Shown: one piece after another, positions 57,403-64,000 of the stretch
Numbering within the stretch: the first letter of the stretch is position 1
How the letters are laid out: each line of letters starts with the position of its first letter
DNA from: Chrysomallon squamiferum
Taxonomy: Eukaryota > Animalia > Mollusca
Reading direction: 5' to 3'
Assembly (NCBI GenBank): GCA_012295275.1
Contig: CM022677.1
Location: forward strand, 20,026,001-20,090,000
DNA length: 64,000 nucleotides
Position numbers and translations under genes: made by a program
Notes under the pieces: generated by a model
The model's input: the letters and a program-made list of their open reading frames with translations, nothing else
What the model was told of the DNA's origin: nothing
Database searches by the model: none

Positions 57403-60105
57403 CTTCTTTCACACTAAGATGCCACCAACAGATGTGAAAACACACCCACACACACAGTGTGATTTTCATCAACATCAGACAAAATTACCACTACAAAAAT
57501 AAAAATAACAAATAACATATCATAACACAACATAACATAACATAACATAACATAACATAACATAACATTTTTTTACCTGTTTAACATAACATAACATAAC
57601 ATAACATAACATATCATAACACAATATAAATGTTAACATAACATAACATAACATCAACATATCATAACACAATATAACATAACATAACAAAACATAAAAT
57701 AACAAATAACATAACATAACAACATAACATAACATAACATAACATAACATAACATAACATAACATAACATAACATAACATAACATCACATCACATAATAT
57801 AAATTAAAAGAAAAGAAAACAAATGTAATAAAATGAAGTAAAATAAAAACAAATAATAACAAAAAGAATAATAAAATGAAATAAAAGTAGAATAAAATGA
57901 CAGTTTAGATTTGAAATAATTAGTAGTGAAAATAAGAACAAGCATGTGAATATTAGTCTTTTTCAAAAACTGAAAAAGCTACAAAACAAAAAATATTATA
58001 AACAATTAAAAATAAAAACTGCTCAGTTAAATTCAGATTAATTACATAATATAACGAAAAGCATCTTCAAAAACAAAAATTCCGTTTTTGCATGCAAAAC
58101 AAATGTTTCAAGTTCTGTTTCTATGGCAACGGAAAGGCATGCACCAACATACCCCAGAACAACAGTTTCTGGTGTTGACATGCTGTCTGATGTCCCACCA
58201 CCATCTGAATAACACTCGTTTTCATTGGTCAGTGTTATACAAGGCTTGCTTTCATTGGTTGGAATTACAGAAGACTTGTTTTCATTGGTCAGTGAGTCAG
58301 TAGTGTTAGTAAACACACCACCATTTTGAGTTAGTTCACCACTACTGTCTAATGTTCTCTGACCCTGAGGGGGTGAGAGATGGGGCGGAGGGGGTGGTCT
58401 TGGTGGTGGTGTGCGTTTAGCAAACATAAACTGACTAAAGAGAAAATAAAATAAATAAATTTAAAACAAAAAATAAAAGATTTTAAAAATATTTTGTTAG
58501 TCAAGCAAATTTTAATTACTAACATTGAATTAAAAAAAAAAAAAGACGAATTATATAAAATATATAAAATAAAAATTAAAAGAAAAAAAAAGTTTTTAAA
58601 ATGAAAGATTTATTAACTATAATATATAAATTCAGAAAGTAGGTAATTTTTTTTTTTTTTGATCAGAGCCATGGAAAACTGAAATTTTCTAAATATGTTT
58701 CTTAATCTTAATTTTATATATATATATATATTTATTTCTTATCATGGTATCCAAAGTTAATCAGTTAAGAAATATTTTATATACTTAATATGTAATAAAA
58801 AAAAACATATATATATATATATTATTTTTTAGAAAATTACATTAATAATAATTTAATGACTTGCTTGACTAACAAAAACAACAAATACAACAAACAAAAG
58901 CAAAAAAGGCACAGTATTAAGCAAAAGAAAAGAATGTTAAATTAAATTATATTTTTAATTTATTTTTTTTGGATGTTAAAGACTGATAACCAACATAAAA
59001 AACAACATGAAAACAAACACACATGCAAAAATAAAACCTGTCCAAAATGTGTTATTAAACTATCTAGGTGTTAAATAAACAAATAAACAAATATTTTAAA
59101 ATTCTTTATTAATTACAGATTATTAGTTTATTGTTTGGGGGGGAGCAACATTTTATTGTGTTTTAGTTTCCCAAAACAGTGAAATAATTATAGATGCTGA
59201 ACCATTTATCTGGCTTCCAGAAATTAAAATGAAAAAAAAAATATAAAAATAAATAAAATAAAATGAAACCCACAAAAAGAATATTTTTAAAAATGGCTAC
59301 TTGTCAATCAGGCACAATTTTGTTTTAGTTTCCCAGAACAATGAAATAATTATAGATCTTGAAACACTTATCTGGCTTTCAGAAATTAAGAAAAAAAAAA
59401 AAAAATATAAAATTAAATAAAATCCACAAAAACCCAGCTATATTTCTAAAACTGGCTACTGGTGAATTTTACATGCTTTGTTTTAGTTTCCATGACACCA
59501 CAATAAATTATTATTTGTTTCCATTTACTTTCATTCTTATTTAAAAGACTGTCAGAAACACAGTTCACTTATGTAAAGTACATTCTATATAGGTATTTTA
59601 CGAATTTTAAGTGAATTAACAATGTTGTATCCAAACAGTTAAAACTAAATAATTATTTAAAAAAAAAAAAAAAAAAATCCATAAATATCATCAATGTTAT
59701 ATTAGTAACATTATATAAACAAAAATTGATTAGTGGTTGGATTGGGAATTAACGCGAAAATGGAAGACCAAGAATTTATTAATTAACTAACCCGTTTACC
59801 AAACGTATTTTTCTCTAACCACTGAAACATAATTTAGAAATTTGAAAAAAAAAAAAAAAAAAATACATTTATCTCTATACATAAATAAAAAAAAATAAAA
59901 ATGTCTCACTTGCTGAGATCAGGCATGGAAGATGGCCCATTTTTCATGGTAGATCCTTTGCCAAACGTCGACATTGTTCCTTGCTTTTTGTAGGCCTCAA
60001 ATGCGCTCTGCCTTAGCTCATGGTGGGGCCCATTTTGGGTTGCATGTTTTTCAATATTATGTTGACTGCTCGATTTTCCTTCCCTGGAGGTTGTAAATAT
60101 TTAAA

Positions 60106-60148
<43 letters not shown>

Positions 60149-60451
60149 CTTTAAATAATGACAACATGTAAACTAACTATTTAGAATAAACATTTTTAAC
60201 ATTTTTAAAGATTTTGTTTTGCAGTGTAAGATTTATTAGAGTGTCATTATATTCTGATTCTTGCTGTAATTAATAAAAAAAAAAAAAAATAATGAGACAA
60301 ATTAAAAATAATTAATTAAAAGAAAAAAGAGTGAAAAAATGTACGTTTGATATAGGGTAACAATTTAAAAACAACAACAACAACAACTTTGTTATTTAGT
60401 ATCTTTTGGAGTTACAGCAACAATGACACATTCTTATTACTGATAATAATC

Positions 60452-60509
<58 letters not shown>

Positions 60510-61937
60510 TCTCCCCCCTTCCTCCACCCCCCTTCCCCACATGTCCCCCCTCTCTTCCTCCTTTCACCCTCTTTCTATTCACATGAGCACATCAAAGTAA
60601 CAGCAACATGTAATAATTACCACAACTAATAATAACAATGCGTTACAGGTAACAATGACATTTTAGAGATGAATAACAACCGGAATAAGCAACGACAACA
60701 GTAACAATATTCTAATCACCATAGCAACAACAACAACAAAAGCTATATTAAAATTAAAAATAGTACACAGGAACATACCTGTATGAACACAATAATACAC
60801 TGTTTTTCAAAAGCAATAAGATGCATGCAAAATGCAAACAAATAAATAAATTATACAGGCACCAAAAGCTGTTTTAGTATTTACAGTAGCTGTGAGATAA
60901 AAATATTACATGTACACACATAAATGTTATTATATATAATGTATGTATAAAATAACAACATGTATTAAACAAGTAAACAGGAAATACAAATATAATGAAT
61001 GGTTGATATCAAAAGGTCAAGGTCAGTTTATAATTTTGATACTGGTGATATTTAATTACCTTAATATTTTGAAATAATGATAATAGTGACGACGATGATG
61101 ATGAAGATGATGATGAAGATGTCAATAATTAATACTGATAATAGTAAAAATAACAATAATAATAAAAATGATAAAAATAATAATAATAAATTACCTATAC
61201 AAGTTATGATTTTAATAATGATACCAATAATAATAAGTTACTGAAATTAATAAAAACGTGTCTTACATTGGGAAGTAAATAATTTAATACTCTTACAAAG
61301 AATTACAATAAAACAAAAATATTAATTTTACACAGACAATGACCAACACCATTGAAAGCAGATACAACATGAAACAGATACAACATGAAACATAAACTTA
61401 GCAATTTCCACATCACATTCTGAAGTCAACAGTATCTGAACTAACTCGAAGAAATAAGAAAAATATAAAATTAAAATTAAATAAAAATTAAATAAAAATT
61501 AAATTTAAAAAAAGAAATAAAAAAAAAGAAATTAAAATGAAAGTAATATGAAATATTTTAATTCTTGTACTCAAAAACAGAGAAAGCGTTAGAATGAATG
61601 GATCAAAAGTTAAAGAATTGGAGTACTGGTTAGAATGGGAAAAGTGACCCTGGCTGTGATTCTTGTTGTTAAAGACGAAGAGATAATTATTTAAAATAAG
61701 AAAATGTTTTCTTTAATGGAACAAATATTTTAAAACTGCAGTCAGCTGATATGATTTCTATCATCAAGGCTATGAAAAAGGAACATTGTCGATATTCCTT
61801 TCCATTTCTATTTAAATTTTTTAAATTTTAGCAGCAAGAAATCTGAGGTACTATAATGGTTAAACTCTTGAGGTTTGATGCTTATAGTTGAAATGGCTTT
61901 GACATTTATTACATCCAAATAATAAATTAATAAATAA

Positions 61938-61998
<61 letters not shown>

Positions 61999-62435
61999 GT
62001 AATTAATCGGATAATAATTAGGCTTCTTGCTTATCTGTATAGCCAACCAGTTATCTCCCTTGACAAAAACAAAGCATGGTATTATGGGTAAATGTGATGT
62101 GGAAATTTTAACATGGAGAATTGGTTACTATTTTTTTAATGTTAGAATAATAATAATTTGACAAAACAGTGTATCCATGACTACCAATGAGATTAAACCG
62201 TTTCCAAATTCGTATTAAATAGTTTGTTAATTAATTTTATACAATAATAACCTTTACTTATTTACTTTTCACTGTATTAATTAATGTTAGTAAAGAGATG
62301 ATCCTTATCAAAAGGATTATAATCTAAATTACCAATTTCAAATCAATTATGAATTTATAAATAAATAAATGTGTTAAGTAAGATTAGTTTTTTTTTTTAC
62401 ATGCAAGTTCAAACATACATTAATTCAGTTAACCA

Positions 62436-62472
<37 letters not shown>

Positions 62473-63638
62473 CTCTGTAACCAATTCTCCTAGCTGTTTT
62501 GTAGGTTCTTACACATTTCAGAAATTTTTTGAATTTTGTCAGTTACCATAGAAACATTGTATTGTTATGGTTCTTAATAATTCTTCTTCTTCTTCTTAAG
62601 AATCCTGACTTGAAAATATTTTAGTATACTCTTTTATAAATAAATAACAACAGATGTATATATGTATATATATGTATGCATATATATCTGTCTGTCTGTA
62701 TGTATGTCTATATGCATGCATGTATGTATGGATGTATAAAACATAATGAGAATAATGGGTTACTCTTTTCAAACAGCAACAAGAGATGTTAAAACAACCC
62801 GGTCATACAGTGGAAAAAACCCACTGTGGTCTTTCATTTATTTGTTATGAAATATTTCATTTGATGTCTACTCAGTTTTCTCCATGTATGATACTTTCTC
62901 AAATCCTATTGGCCAGAAGTGTGACAAATTAAAGAGTGAAAAGATCACATGATCTAATACTGATTTCTGATTGGCTGTCATGCCTGAATGAACTAACAAA
63001 GTTTTAACTTTTTAAAAATGAATGGACAAATATAAATTTACCTTTCTTTTGTTTTGTTTTGTTTTGTGTGTTTTTATTAATAATGGTAATTCATTTGTTT
63101 TGGAGATTAAGATGAAACTATAAATACTTTTTGGGAAAATTAGACAAAATATTTGGCTGAATTATAACTACTTGACTGAATATACATTTTTTCTTTTTAC
63201 TTCTCAAATTAAACCAAAACAATATCTTTACAAAGTTGATCGAACACATTTCAGTTTTTTTGGAACTGATAAAACATTAATTTTGCAAATAACTATTTTC
63301 ACTGGTGTTAGTAACAGCTTTTGAGAAATTTAAAAATGTTCTAGAATGTGTAAAAAAAAAAACAACCCATTATTAACTAACTAATAACATCACCATCCGG
63401 TTATGTATCATACCGAACAATTTCCTTCGAATTGTTTTGAGCAGGATACACTCCAGGAGTAATGAGTTTCTTGTAGGACTCAAAGTTTTCTTTCGACTCA
63501 AAATTCCAGCTGATGTGTTTTTCCCATTTGGTTGGCATCTTGCCAGGACTGGTGGCCATCTTGTTGAGCTGAGTCAGCCTCGGTTCTGATTTCGCTCTTA
63601 GTCGTATCTTTTTATCATTTGTCTGATCCTGTTTAGTT
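55237..63638 (-). CDS. TJP1: Tight junction protein ZO-1 / polychaetoid homolog, 3' portion including the ZU5 domain (gene continues beyond the right edge)
   Basis: Exons 63638-63414, 60083-59910, 58434-58153, 57490-57403 (corrupted; SDVDENHTV..GVF.TSVGGIL), 57087-56978 (GVSIVIPPGAIGEHKTQEIYFKVCRDNSILP/LDKDR, 1-nt deletion), 56157-56014 (GETLLSPLVMCGPHGIEFQKPVELRLPHCASVNPDSWSFALKSSDSPS) and 55340-55237 (GHPTRWQNMSLAG...NSVSVLVDHF*). Matches the known ZO-1 C-terminus ending VSVLIDHF. Confidence 0.93.
57515..57795. repeat. (CATAA)n pentanucleotide microsatellite
   Basis: Direct reading. The window also has dozens of (GA)n, (CA)n, (TA)n, (ATT)n and (TAG)n tracts that are not listed individually. 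Confidence 0.9.
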
Positions 63639-64000
63639 CTGAAATTTTACATCATTGTCTTAGCTTTCGTGATTGGTCAGTTAGCGAAAATGACATTTGT
63701 AAGGTGTTTTTTCATTTGGTTAATGTTTAAGCCATACAAAAAAAATGTTTTTTTTTTTTTTTTTTTTTTTTTTTGTTGTTGTTTAGAATATATTTATAAG
63801 GATTGATATAAACAACATGTTTATTGTTTTTTTTATTTATTTATTAATTTTATTTTTTTATTTTGTGTTAATTAGTTAAAATATATTTTTAAGAACTGAT
63901 TTCTAAACCGTCTTCATTACAATTTGTAAACTTATTTTTCATTGGTTAATACTTGAAAATATTATTTTACTTATCTTCGGTTAAAACATGGTTTCATAGC

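Overview
AT-rich, microsatellite-dense animal genomic DNA with spliceosomal introns. It is probably lophotrochozoan or molluscan; this is an inference from the perlucin-like lectin and overall composition, not proven. Almost all ORF-track hits are microsatellite read-throughs, so the genes were reconstructed by hand from splice sites and reading phase. In order: (1) a secreted C-type lectin gene (- strand, last exon beyond the left edge); (2) a three-exon secreted prohormone-like gene ending in KR-GYGDRSVLPPWNEFCRMVHLDNCFHSQH, with a duplicated signal-peptide exon 3.6 kb upstream, in a region enriched in perfect CRE sites; (3) a complete 14-exon LEO1 (+) with an expanded GSP-repeat N-terminus; (4) a convergent, full-architecture PRDM9 (-) with KRAB, SSXRD, zinc knuckle, PR/SET with the three catalytic Tyr, and an ~15-unit 84-bp zinc-finger minisatellite; (5) a single-sushi transmembrane protein with a PPAYEEI tail (-); (6) the 3' end of a ZO-1/TJP1 gene with its ZU5 domain (-). 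Several frameshifts sit in homopolymers or repeats and look like assembly errors. Short tandem repeats recur at splice junctions. No prokaryotic-type system (CRISPR etc.) is present.
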